Assembly (NCBI RefSeq): GCF_000018325.1
Contig: NC_009922.1
Location: 1,046,612 to 1,070,611, forward strand
Origin: Alkaliphilus oremlandii OhILAs
GTDB taxonomy: Bacteria; Bacillota; Clostridia; Peptostreptococcales; Natronincolaceae
Reading direction: 5' to 3'
Length of the DNA stretch: 24,000 bases
The translations under genes and the position numbers were made by a program. Position 1 is the stretch's first letter. Each line of letters opens with the position of its first letter. Below are positions 1 through 9,797 of the stretch, one piece after another. The notes beneath the pieces were generated by a model. That model did no database searches. It was given only the letters and a program-made list of their open reading frames with translations, and had not been told where the DNA came from.

Positions 1-1
1 G

Positions 2-166
2 TTAGGACTAAGAGTATACCATGCAGTAGAGCCTCAATTTAAAGATGAAGTAGATGCTGGGGTATATGACGATCAAGTAGGAATGATGGAAATGGTATTA
101 GATGTAGATTCCATCGTAGAAGAAATGAACAACATCAGAAGTGAGTTTTCAAAATATAATGATTAA
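2..166 (+). CDS. grdA: 3' end of glycine/sarcosine/betaine reductase complex selenoprotein A, 5'-truncated by the window edge
   Basis: Frame 2 is open from the window edge to TAA at 164-166. It translates to [54 protein letters not shown], which I recognise from memory as a GrdA-type C-terminus. Its position directly upstream of grdB fits the usual grdE-grdA-grdB-grdC-grdD order. Confidence 0.7.
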   Translation, partial: LGLRVYHAVEPQFKDEVDAGVYDDQVGMMEMVLDVDSIVEEMNNIRSEFSKYND

Positions 167-208
167 TTAAATCATAAATCCCGTGAAAAATAAGAGAGGG
201 GGGAACGT

Positions 209-1516
209 ATGAGCAAGAAAAGAGTTGTTCATTATATAAATCAATTCTTTGCTGGAATTGGTGGAGAAGAAAAAGCTGATATTAGACCTGAATTAAGAGA
301 AGGCGTCGTTGGGCCAGGTATGGCTTTGAATACCGCAATGAACGAAGAGGCTGAAATCGTAGCAACGATTATCTGCGGAGACTCTTATTTCAATGAGAAT
401 CTAGAAGAAGCAAAAAATGAAATCATTGAAATGGTGAAAAAATATAATCCAGACCTATTTATTGCTGGGCCTGCATTCAATGCTGGTAGATACGGTGTTG
501 CTTGTGGAACCATTGCGAAAGCAGTAAATGATGAGCTTGAAATCCCAGTTTTAACAGGTATGTATATAGAAAATCCAGGGGCAGATATGTTCAAAAAGAA
601 CATTTATATTGTTGAAACTGGAAATTCAGCAGCTGCCATGAGAAAAGCAGTGCCTGCAATGGCATCCCTTGCGGCAAAGTTATTAAAAGGTGAGGCAATT
701 GGTACACCGAAAGAAGACCAATATATCCCTAGAGGCATTCGAAAGAATTATTTCTCAGAGGAAAAAGGTGCGACAAGAGCTGTCAACATGCTGATGAAGA
801 AGCTAAAGGGTGAAGAATTTACAACGGAATATCCAATGCCTGATTTTGATCGAGTGGATCCAAATCCAGCAGTTCAAGATTTAAGCAAGATCAAAATTGC
901 TATCGTAACTTCTGGTGGTATTGTACCGAAGGGAAATCCAGAGCGAATTGAATCTTCAAGTGCCTCCAAATATGGAAAATATGATATTTCGAGCTTTGAT
1001 GATTTAACAGAGGCAGACCATGAAACCGCTCACGGTGGATACGACCCGGTATATGCCAATATTGATCCAGATAGAGTAATTCCTGTAGACGTACTAAGAG
1101 ATATGGAGAAAGAAGGCGTTATTGGGGAATTACATAAATACTTCTATACAACTGTTGGAAATGGTACATCCGTTGGAAACTCTAAGAAATTTGCTGAAGA
1201 ATTCGCTAAGGAATTAATTGCCGATGGCGTTCAGGCAGTTATCTTAACCTCTACGTGAGGTACTTGTACACGTTGCGGTGCAACGATGGTAAAAGAAATT
1301 GAAAGAGCAGGAATTCCTGTGGTTCATATGTGTACAGTAGTGCCAATATCCCTAACTGTTGGTGCCAATCGAATTGTACCTACAGTGGCAATCCCACATC
1401 CATTAGGAAATCCGAATTTGGAGCCGAAAGAAGAGAAGGCATTAAGAAGAAAGCTTGTTGAAAAGGCACTAGAGGCCTTAACAACAGAAGTAGCTGGGCA
1501 AACAGTATTTGAATAA
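209..1516 (+). CDS. grdB: Glycine reductase complex component B gamma subunit (selenoprotein B), 435 aa with selenocysteine at codon 350 (TGA 1256-1258)
   Basis: ORFs 209-1258 and 1286-1516 are in the same frame (1286-209 = 1077 = 3 x 359) and are separated only by TGA. The read-through junction reads ...AVILTST-U-GTCTRCGATMVKEIERAG..., the UxxCxxC redox motif of GrdB-type selenoproteins. A GGGGGG RBS lies upstream of ATG 209 and a stem-loop follows the TGA. GrdF/GrdH (sarcosine/betaine) paralogues cannot be fully excluded, but the grdA/grdC/grdD context favours GrdB. Confidence 0.9.
1259..1290 (+). promoter_or_regulatory. Candidate bacterial SECIS stem-loop directing Sec insertion at TGA 1256-1258
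   Basis: A perfect 6-bp stem, CGTTGC (1271-1276) / GCAACG (1280-1285), carries an apical GGT (1277-1279). It starts 12 nt after the TGA. The spacing and the G/U-containing apical loop fit SelB-binding SECIS elements. Confidence 0.6.
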
Positions 1517-1533
1517 AGTACCCATGCTAAAAT

Positions 1534-1610
1534 AAATAGAAAAAAATTAAATAGATGGGTGCACCACCACCCATCTATTTAAATATACATCAAAAATAGA
1601 AAAAAATTAA
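1534..1610 (+). repeat. 17-bp direct repeat AAATAGAAAAAAATTAA (1534-1550 and 1594-1610) flanking an intercistronic hairpin
   Basis: Two exact copies read directly from the sequence, 60 bp apart, in the grdB-grdC spacer. Confidence 0.9.
1549..1580 (+). other. 13-bp perfect stem-loop between grdB and grdC, possibly an attenuator or mRNA-stability element
   Basis: AAATAGATGGGTG (1549-1561) pairs with CACCCATCTATTT (1568-1580) around the loop CACCAC. On the + strand it is followed by AAATATAC rather than a U-tract. The T-run lies on the minus-strand side, so it is not a canonical + strand intrinsic terminator. Confidence 0.4.
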
Positions 1611-1654
1611 TAAAAACTTTTTATAGTTATAAAATTTCCTTGGAGGTGTCCCTT

Positions 1655-3196
1655 ATGTCATATGCTGTAGCAAAGGCTTCCGGTTACGTTTTAGTTCATA
1701 CACCGGATATGATTCTTCATAGCGGTACTACACAAACGATTGAAAAGTTAACGAATCCAAATTCTGATTACTTAAAAAAGCTTCCGGAGCATTTACGTAG
1801 CTTCGAAGAAGTGGTAAGCTACCCTCCGAACCAAGTCTACATTGGTTCAATGAAACCAGAAGAATTAAATCAATATGAAGCTCCTTGGTATGACAAAAAA
1901 GTAGAAGGTGCAAAACGAGATGGTAAATTAGGTGAAATCATGCCACAGGACGAATTCATTGCACTGATGAAAATATCCGATGTATTTGATCTCGTTAAAT
2001 TAGAAAAGGCTTTTACAGAAATGGTAAAGGTAAAAATGGAACAGCATCCTTTGATCAGCGCTGAAATGGTGGCGAAATTAAAAGATGGAGAAGACTTGAG
2101 CGAAATTGAAAAATTTATCAATGAGCAGCACGCAGAGCCAATCTATAACGAAGGTAAGGTAATTGGCTGTGTTAAGAGAGCTCATGAGGTGGACGTAAAT
2201 TTAAATGCGCACGTTATTTTTGAAAATTTAGTGGTAAAAGCTTCGGGTTTCCTAGCTTTTTTACATCTTTTAGATAAAAACAAAATAGACCCTAAGGATA
2301 TTGATTACGTTGTAGAATGTTCAGAGGAAGCTTGCGGCGATATGAATCAAAGGGGCGGCGGAAACTTTGCGAAAGCAATTGCAGAATTAGCAGGAGCGAT
2401 CAATGCAACAGGCTCCGATACAAGAGGATTTTGTGCAGCACCAACCCATGCATTAATTGAAGCAGCAGCACTTGTGCAATCTGGCGTCTATGACAATGTT
2501 GTAATTGTAGCAGGCGGAGCGACAGCAAAGCTTGGTATGAACGGCAAGGATCACGTAAAAAAAGAATTACCGATATTAGAGGACGTCCTAGGTGGATTCG
2601 CGGTTTTAGTAAGTAAAAACGATGGTGTGAATCCAATTCTTAGAACAGATCTAGTAGGAAGACATACTGTAGGAACTGGCTCTTCACCACAGGCGGTGAT
2701 CACATCTCTCATCACTGCACCACTGGACAAAGGTGGACTTAAGATAACAGATGTAGATAAATACTCCGTTGAAATGCAAAATCCTGATATCACAAAGCCT
2801 GCAGGTGCAGGAGATGTTCCAGAGGCCAACTACAAGATGATCGCTGCTCTTGGTGTAAAGAGAAATGAGCTTGAAAGAAGCGATGTTGCGACCTTTGGAC
2901 ATAAGCACGGTATGCCTGGCTGGGCACCGACACAAGGACATATCCCTTCCGGTGTTCCGTATATTGGTCATGCTATTGACGCTTTTAGAAATAATGAGAT
3001 TGAAAGAGCGATGATTGTTGGAAAGGGAAGTTTATTCCTTGGAAGAATGACAAATCAATTTGACGGTGTTTCTATGATCATGGAGAAAAATACTGGAGCC
3101 AAAGCAGAGGTAGGCAGCGGCATTTCAGAAAATGAAGTAAAGACCATGATCGCTGAAGCAATGAGAGAGTTTGCGTCACACTTATTAGGGAAATAA
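1655..3196 (+). CDS. grdC: Glycine reductase complex component C beta subunit (thiolase/ketoacyl-synthase-like)
   Basis: The product begins MSYAVAKASGYVLVHTPDMILHSGTTQT... and has GrdC-like length and sequence. I prefer ATG 1655, with a GGAGG RBS at 1642-1646 and 8-nt spacing, over the track's TTG 1640, which overlaps the RBS. It follows grdB and precedes grdD. Confidence 0.88.
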   Translation: MSYAVAKASGYVLVHTPDMILHSGTTQTIEKLTNPNSDYLKKLPEHLRSFEEVVSYPPNQVYIGSMKPEELNQYEAPWYDKKVEGAKRDGKLGEIMPQDEFIALMKISDVFDLVKLEKAFTEMVKVKMEQHPLISAEMVAKLKDGEDLSEIEKFINEQHAEPIYNEGKVIGCVKRAHEVDVNLNAHVIFENLVVKASGFLAFLHLLDKNKIDPKDIDYVVECSEEACGDMNQRGGGNFAKAIAELAGAINATGSDTRGFCAAPTHALIEAAALVQSGVYDNVVIVAGGATAKLGMNGKDHVKKELPILEDVLGGFAVLVSKNDGVNPILRTDLVGRHTVGTGSSPQAVITSLITAPLDKGGLKITDVDKYSVEMQNPDITKPAGAGDVPEANYKMIAALGVKRNELERSDVATFGHKHGMPGWAPTQGHIPSGVPYIGHAIDAFRNNEIERAMIVGKGSLFLGRMTNQFDGVSMIMEKNTGAKAEVGSGISENEVKTMIAEAMREFASHLLGK

Positions 3197-3208
3197 GGGG
3201 TGATTAAT

Positions 3209-4393
3209 ATGAGTGAAAATATAAAAGAAATGATAGGTAAAGTATTTAATGATATTGCAGACGCAATGGAAACAGGTCAGTTTGGCAGTAAAGTAAAAGT
3301 AGGGATCACCATTCTAGGAAGTGAGCACGGCATTGACAATATGGTCAAAGGTGCGGAGTTGGCTGCAAAAAACAGTCAGGACTACGAAGTTGTATTGATT
3401 GGACCCAAAGTAGACACAAAGCTTAGAATTGTTGAAGCAAATACAGAGGACGAAGCTCACAAAAAAATGGAAGAGCTTTTAGACAACGGAGAAATAGACG
3501 CCTGCGTTACGATGCACTATAATTTTCCAATCGGCGTATCCACCGTGGGAAAGGTGATTACACCTGCAAAGGGACAGGAAATGTTTTTAGCCACAACTAC
3601 AGGGACCTCTTCTCCTCATCGAGCAGAGGCCATGGTGAAGAATGCGCTGTATGGTATCATTGCAGCTAAATCCACTGGTATAGAAAATCCAACGGTAGGA
3701 ATCTTAAATGTAGATGGCGCTCGACAGGTGGAAAGAGCCTTAAAGGAACTGAACAACAATGGGTATCCAATAAACTTTGTAGAATCCATGAGATCCGACG
3801 GTGGTGCTGTAATGAGAGGGAATGACCTTTTGGCTGGAACGCCGGACGTTATGATTCAAGACACACTAACAGGAAATATTTTTATGAAGGTGTTCTCATC
3901 CTATACAACGGGAGGGGACTATGAAGCTTTGGGATACGGATATGGACCAGGTATTGGAGATGGATATGACAGAACCGTATTGATATTATCTAGAGCCTCT
4001 GGTGTTCCCGTAGTTGCAGGAGCAATTGCCTATGGCGCACAATTGGTAAAAGGTAATTTAAAAGAAGTGGCAAAAAGAGAATTTTCTGCTGCTAAAAAAG
4101 CTAAATTGGAAGAAATATTAAAGTCCTTGACTGTAGATCATAAAAAATCCAGCAGTGCTGAAGATGAAGAAGTTGTCGCTCCGCCAAAAGAGGTAGTAAC
4201 TGGTTCTATTTCAGGGATCGACATTATGGATTTAGAGGATGCAGTAAAGGCGCTTTGGAAAAAGGGAATTTATGCTGAAAGCGGCATGGGTTGTACAGGA
4301 CCGATTTTGATGGTTCATGAAGATAAAATTAAAATAGCAACGGATGTTTTAGGAGAAGCTGGATTCGTCGCAAAAGAAGCAGATCCTTGTTAG
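3209..4393 (+). CDS. grdD: Glycine reductase complex component C alpha subunit (PlsX/phosphotransacetylase-like fold)
   Basis: The product begins MSENIKEMIGKVFNDIADAMETGQFGSKVKVGITILGSEHG... and is GrdD-like. ATG 3209 has an AAGGGG RBS at 3195-3200, whereas the track's GTG 3200 lies inside the RBS. The gap from the grdC stop is 12 nt. Confidence 0.85.
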   Translation: MSENIKEMIGKVFNDIADAMETGQFGSKVKVGITILGSEHGIDNMVKGAELAAKNSQDYEVVLIGPKVDTKLRIVEANTEDEAHKKMEELLDNGEIDACVTMHYNFPIGVSTVGKVITPAKGQEMFLATTTGTSSPHRAEAMVKNALYGIIAAKSTGIENPTVGILNVDGARQVERALKELNNNGYPINFVESMRSDGGAVMRGNDLLAGTPDVMIQDTLTGNIFMKVFSSYTTGGDYEALGYGYGPGIGDGYDRTVLILSRASGVPVVAGAIAYGAQLVKGNLKEVAKREFSAAKKAKLEEILKSLTVDHKKSSSAEDEEVVAPPKEVVTGSISGIDIMDLEDAVKALWKKGIYAESGMGCTGPILMVHEDKIKIATDVLGEAGFVAKEADPC

Positions 4394-4419
4394 TCCAAAT
4401 ATAAACAAAAGATCCATAT

Positions 4420-4467
4420 AAAATCCATGTACAAAAGAATTTTAATTTTTTTATACATGGATTTTTT
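4420..4467 (+). terminator. Putative rho-independent terminator of the grd operon
   Basis: AAAATCCATGTA (4420-4431) pairs with TACATGGATTTT (4454-4465) and is followed by more T residues. The 22-nt loop is unusually large, hence the moderate confidence. Confidence 0.55.
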
Positions 4468-4732
4468 CACTTATGGTAGATTTTAAGAATTTGTAATAAG
4501 TGATGACAATGTCTAAAAATGAATAAAAATTTTGAAGAATCCTGGAGAGCGAATATTATTTTTTTAATAAGGAATTGCAGGAATGCTTTAAAGTATGTAG
4601 AATAGACTCATAATAGTAAGATAGACCTATATTACTATTGTTAACAAAAAATTAAAATCTTTGTCTAGATTCATTGGGTCAAAGAAATTTTTGTTAAAAT
4701 GCATATAGATATAGCATATAAAATATAGTGTG

Positions 4733-4741
4733 TGCTATAAT
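4733..4741 (+). promoter_or_regulatory. Candidate extended -10 promoter element (TGcTATAAT) for the BMP transporter operon
   Basis: TGC at 4733-4735 plus TATAAT at 4736-4741, about 65 nt upstream of the SBP start. No good -35 hexamer sits at 17-bp spacing. Confidence 0.4.
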
Positions 4742-4745
4742 ATAA

Positions 4746-5894
<1,149 letters not shown>

Positions 5895-5916
5895 TTTAAA
5901 TTTCATAGTATACTAT

Positions 5917-5950
5917 AAAAAAACCAAGATTTTATAGTCTTGGTTTTTTT
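5917..5950 (+). terminator. Rho-independent terminator immediately after the SBP gene
   Basis: The stem CCAAGA (5924-5929) / TCTTGG (5938-5943) encloses an 8-nt loop. It is flanked by an A7 run (5917-5923) and a T7 run (5944-5950), which can extend the stem or act as the U-tract. Confidence 0.7.
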
Positions 5951-5994
5951 ACTTAATTGAATGGGTATATATGAACAAAAAGGAGATGTGAGTT

Positions 5995-7524
5995 ATGATT
6001 GCAAAAATTAATGAAATTCTAGACACAGCCAAAAGTAAAAGTCTAACTTATGAACAAAAGCACCATGCCTTAGCAAATATAGCAGAGCGATTAGTAGATC
6101 CCATTGAAGTGTTAAGTTATACAGAGGAAGAAGTAGCTTCTATAGAAGATGGCTTTATATGCGATTTGAATGAAGGAAATACACCTTATAGACCAAGATA
6201 CATCGTTCCAGATTATTCAATATTTACTAAAAATGGTTGTCAGTTTTTAGACATGAAGGCTCCTGAAAATTTAGATGAATTATTGGATGGGCTTCTTATT
6301 TTATATCATAATGTACCATCCGTTACGAGTTATCCAGTTTTTATTGGTGAATTGGACCAATTGATTGATCCTTTTATAAAAAATGAAGAGGAAGATTATA
6401 TAAAAATCAAAAGATTTTTAAATCATATAGATAAAACAATACCAGATTCATTTTGTCATGGGAATATAGGGCCGAAGGCTACGAAAGCGGGAGAATTGAT
6501 CTTAAAGGCCGTTATAGAATTACAAAACCCTACGCCAAATATGACAATCAAATATGAAAAGGATGCTACTGATAGAGAATTTGCAAAACTTGCAGCAAAG
6601 GCTTGCTTATTGGCAGCGAAACCATCCTTCTCTAACAACCAGTATTATATCCAAGATGTTGGAGAACATGGGCTTGCAAGCTGTTACAATGCTCTTCCTA
6701 TGGCAGGTGGTGCTTATACATTGGTAAGATTAAGGCTAGGTACCATTGCGAAAGCATGCCAAACAAAAGAAGCATTTTTTGATGTAGAACTTAAAAAGTA
6801 TACACAGTTCATGCTGTCTATTATGGATAAGAGAATTAAATTCATGGCAGAGGAATCGAACTTCTTTGAAACTTCTTTCTTAGCAAAAGAAGGATTCATA
6901 AAGAAAGAAAATTTTACAGCAATGCCTGCTATCGTAGGACTTGCAGATGCAGTGAACCATTTATTAGCCCTTGAAGGCAAGGATGAAAGATTTGGAAGTT
7001 CAGAATATGGCGATGAATTAGCGCATCAAATCCTGACATATATGGAAGCAGAAGTAAAGAATCATGTTGCGCCATATTGTGAAAGAACTGGAAATCGTTA
7101 TTTATTCCATGCACAAGTGGGTGCAAGTATATTGGAATGTGATAAAGAAAATACACCTGCCCATAGAATTACTGTTGGAGATGAGCCAATACTACCGCTT
7201 CACCTAACTCAATCGGCCCAATTCCACAAGTATTTCCCATCAGGAACTGGAGATTTATTTGCTTTCGATCAAACCTATTTAAACAATTTAGATGCAGTAC
7301 TGGATATTGTGGATGGTGCATTTAGCAAAGGATACCGTTATATTACAACGTATTTACAAAATTCAGACCTCATTCGAGTAACTGGATACCTAGCAAAACG
7401 AAGTGAAGTAGAAAAAGCGAGAAGAGAAGAAGTGGTCCTTAGAAATACGGAAATGTTAGGAATGGGTACCGATGACAATGCTAAAGTCTTTAGCAGAAGG
7501 ACAAGGGATTCGTATGGAAAGTAA
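5995..7524 (+). CDS. yjjI: YjjI-family (DUF3029-type) glycyl radical enzyme, substrate unknown
   Basis: The 509-aa product has a C-terminal glycyl-radical loop, SDLIRVTGYLAKR (Gly464 codon at 7384-7386), matching the RVxG[FWY] signature. Its size is about that of E. coli YjjI, much shorter than PFL-type GREs. It is immediately followed by, and overlaps, a radical-SAM activase gene. An AGGAG RBS lies at 5981-5985. Confidence 0.75.
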   Translation: MIAKINEILDTAKSKSLTYEQKHHALANIAERLVDPIEVLSYTEEEVASIEDGFICDLNEGNTPYRPRYIVPDYSIFTKNGCQFLDMKAPENLDELLDGLLILYHNVPSVTSYPVFIGELDQLIDPFIKNEEEDYIKIKRFLNHIDKTIPDSFCHGNIGPKATKAGELILKAVIELQNPTPNMTIKYEKDATDREFAKLAAKACLLAAKPSFSNNQYYIQDVGEHGLASCYNALPMAGGAYTLVRLRLGTIAKACQTKEAFFDVELKKYTQFMLSIMDKRIKFMAEESNFFETSFLAKEGFIKKENFTAMPAIVGLADAVNHLLALEGKDERFGSSEYGDELAHQILTYMEAEVKNHVAPYCERTGNRYLFHAQVGASILECDKENTPAHRITVGDEPILPLHLTQSAQFHKYFPSGTGDLFAFDQTYLNNLDAVLDIVDGAFSKGYRYITTYLQNSDLIRVTGYLAKRSEVEKARREEVVLRNTEMLGMGTDDNAKVFSRRTRDSYGK

Positions 7525-8242
7525 AAGACAAGTTCTACCAGTAAAAGGGATCATTCCTTTTGCCAATGTAGATGGAAGTGGTAATAGAACGACGATTTTT
7601 GTACAGGGCTGTAACCTCAATTGTATTTATTGCCATAATCCGGAAACCATACAATTGCCTTGCTCAGAAACAACACATACAAACTATACAGTTGAAGAAC
7701 TGATCACCTTATTGAAACAGTATTCTCCCTATATTAGGGGGATTACTGTTTCAGGTGGTGAAGCCACAATATACAGTGACTTTTTAGTAGAACTCTTTAA
7801 AGAAGTAAAAAAACTAGGAATTACTTGCTATGTCGATACCAATGGAATTTTTAATAAAGATCATAAATTAGATTTAATTGAAGCAACCGATAAATTTCTT
7901 TTCGATATTAAAGGTATCGATAATTTATCTAAGGTGACTCGCAAAAATATTGATCATAGCTTTGAAAACCTAGAATATTTACTGGAAAGAAATAAGATTG
8001 AAGAAGTTCGAACCGTTTGCATCGAAAACTATATGGATGCAGAAGCTGTCATTAGAGAAGTTGCAAAACGTATTAAGGATTACGATGATGTCCTGTATAA
8101 ATTGATACGAGTTCATTATAGGGGACTGACAAAAGAACAAGTCATAGCAGTAAAGGATTCTGTTCCGACGAAGGAACGAATGATAGCGCTAGAAAATTTA
8201 GCAAAATCCTTAGGTGTAAAAAATGTAATGAGTATACTATAA
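7514..8242 (+). CDS. yjjW: Glycyl-radical enzyme activating protein (radical SAM, YjjW/PflA-like)
   Basis: The CNLNCIYC CX3CX2C cluster motif lies at 7610-7633, within IIPFANVDGSGNRTTIFVQGCNLNCIYCHNPE. A GGE SAM-binding motif is present (TVSGGEAT). I prefer ATG 7514 (MESKRQVLPVKG...), which overlaps the yjjI stop by 11 nt. The track's ATG 7472 is possible and would give a 53-nt overlap. Confidence 0.85.
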   Translation: MESKRQVLPVKGIIPFANVDGSGNRTTIFVQGCNLNCIYCHNPETIQLPCSETTHTNYTVEELITLLKQYSPYIRGITVSGGEATIYSDFLVELFKEVKKLGITCYVDTNGIFNKDHKLDLIEATDKFLFDIKGIDNLSKVTRKNIDHSFENLEYLLERNKIEEVRTVCIENYMDAEAVIREVAKRIKDYDDVLYKLIRVHYRGLTKEQVIAVKDSVPTKERMIALENLAKSLGVKNVMSIL

Positions 8243-8261
8243 GAAAGATAGGAGAAGGGTT

Positions 8262-9797
8262 ATGGCATATGCTATTGAAATGTTAGGGATAACGAAAAAG
8301 TTTCCTGGTATCAAGGCTAATGACAATGTTACATTACGTGTTGAAAAGGGTCAAATTCATGCACTTTTAGGTGAAAATGGAGCGGGGAAATCCACACTGA
8401 TGAGTGTTTTATTCGGTCTTTATCAACCGGAAGAGGGAATTATTAAAGTAAATGGAGAAGAAGTTAAAATAACGAATCCAAATGTTGCCAATGATTACGG
8501 TATTGGTATGGTTCATCAGCATTTTAAGCTGGTTGAAAATTTTACGGTTGCCGAGAATATCATATTGGGTATGGAGCCTAAAAAATCCTTTGGTAGAATT
8601 GATATGAAAAAAGCCATTCAAAGAGTAGTAGAAATTAGTGAACAATATGGCTTAAAGGTAGATCCAAATGCAAAAATCGAAGACATATCTGTAGGAATGC
8701 AGCAAAGAGTTGAAATTTTAAAAATGCTTTATCGAAATGCAGATATTCTAATTTTTGATGAACCCACTGCTGTATTAACCCCTCAAGAGATTAGAGAGCT
8801 GATCAAAATAATGAAGGGCTTAATCAAAGAGGGAAAAACGATCATTTTAATTACACATAAATTAAAAGAGATCAAAGAGGTTGCGGATCAATGCAGTGTT
8901 CTTCGCCGTGGAAAATACATTGGCACTGTAAATGTGTCCGATACAAGCGAAGAAAAAATGGCAGAAATGATGGTTGGTAGAGAAGTAAGTTTTGAAGTTG
9001 AAAAGGAAGAAGCAAATCCAACTGATGTGGTGTTAGAGATAAAAGATCTAACGGTGAAGGATAATCGTAATCTAGAAGCCGTAAAAAATTTAAGTTTAAA
9101 GGTACGTGCTGGAGAGATTCTCTGTATTGCTGGTATCGATGGCAATGGACAAACAGAGCTCATAGAAGCACTGACTGGACTTAGAAAAATAGAAAAAGGA
9201 ACGATTCTACTCAATGGAGAATCCATTGAAAATGAAAACACTAGAAATAGAACCTTGAAGGGAATCGGTCATATACCTGAGGACCGCCAAAAGTATGGGC
9301 TTGTATTAGATTTTAAGGTTGAAGAAAATATGGTTCTTCAAACATACTTCAAAGAACCTTTTTCTAAAAAAGGTATATTGAACTTTAAAGAGATCAGAGC
9401 CTTCTCTGACCGATTGATTAGAGAATTTGACGTGCGTAGTGGACAAGGGAGCTTATCCGATGCTAGAGGTATGTCTGGCGGAAATCAACAGAAAGCAATT
9501 ATTGCTAGGGAAATAGAACGTTCTCCAGAGTTATTAATTGCAGCACAGCCTACAAGGGGACTGGACGTTGGCGCCATAGAATATATTCACAATCGTTTGG
9601 TTCAGGAAAGGGATAAAGGAAGAGCAATTCTCTTGGTTTCTTTGGAGATGGAAGAGGTGCTGAACCTGTCCGATCGAATCGCTGTTATTTACGAAGGAGA
9701 AATTGTAGGCACCGTAAAGGCTAGTGAGACAAATGAGAACGAGTTAGGTTTAATGATGGCCGGTTCTAAGAAAGGAGATACTATTTCCGATGAGTAA
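8262..9797 (+). CDS. ABC transporter ATP-binding protein, fused double ATPase (CUT2 / NupO-RnsA type)
   Basis: Walker A GENGAGKST sits in the N-terminal half, and the degenerate second P-loop GIDGNGQTE is typical of sugar/nucleoside CUT2 ATPases. An LSGG-like signature, MSGGNQQK, is present. An AGGAGAAGGG RBS precedes the start. Confidence 0.9.
   Translation: MAYAIEMLGITKKFPGIKANDNVTLRVEKGQIHALLGENGAGKSTLMSVLFGLYQPEEGIIKVNGEEVKITNPNVANDYGIGMVHQHFKLVENFTVAENIILGMEPKKSFGRIDMKKAIQRVVEISEQYGLKVDPNAKIEDISVGMQQRVEILKMLYRNADILIFDEPTAVLTPQEIRELIKIMKGLIKEGKTIILITHKLKEIKEVADQCSVLRRGKYIGTVNVSDTSEEKMAEMMVGREVSFEVEKEEANPTDVVLEIKDLTVKDNRNLEAVKNLSLKVRAGEILCIAGIDGNGQTELIEALTGLRKIEKGTILLNGESIENENTRNRTLKGIGHIPEDRQKYGLVLDFKVEENMVLQTYFKEPFSKKGILNFKEIRAFSDRLIREFDVRSGQGSLSDARGMSGGNQQKAIIAREIERSPELLIAAQPTRGLDVGAIEYIHNRLVQERDKGRAILLVSLEMEEVLNLSDRIAVIYEGEIVGTVKASETNENELGLMMAGSKKGDTISDE

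Noticed and set aside
1286-1516. A 76-aa stand-alone ORF in the track.
   Set aside because: It is in frame with 209-1258 and separated only by the TGA Sec codon. It has no RBS of its own and is the C-terminal part of selenoprotein GrdB.
4537-4600. CTGGAGAGCGAATATT and GGAATTGCAGGAATGC as possible -24/-12 sigma-54 promoters upstream of the transporter.
   Set aside because: The GG-to-GC spacing and the -12 TTGC element do not fit the TGGCAC-N5-TTGC consensus.
4638-4708. Rex-like TTGTTAA half-sites (TTGTTAACAA at 4638-4647 and TTGTTAA at 4691-4697).
   Set aside because: Neither forms the TTGTTAA-N4-TTAACAA 18-bp inverted repeat. One is collapsed with no spacer and the other lacks the right half-site.
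5995-7524. The possibility that the 509-aa protein is a truncated or pseudogenised PFL-like enzyme.
   Set aside because: The ORF is intact with its own RBS and retains the C-terminal Gly-radical loop. It is coupled to an intact activase, and its length matches the naturally short YjjI family.
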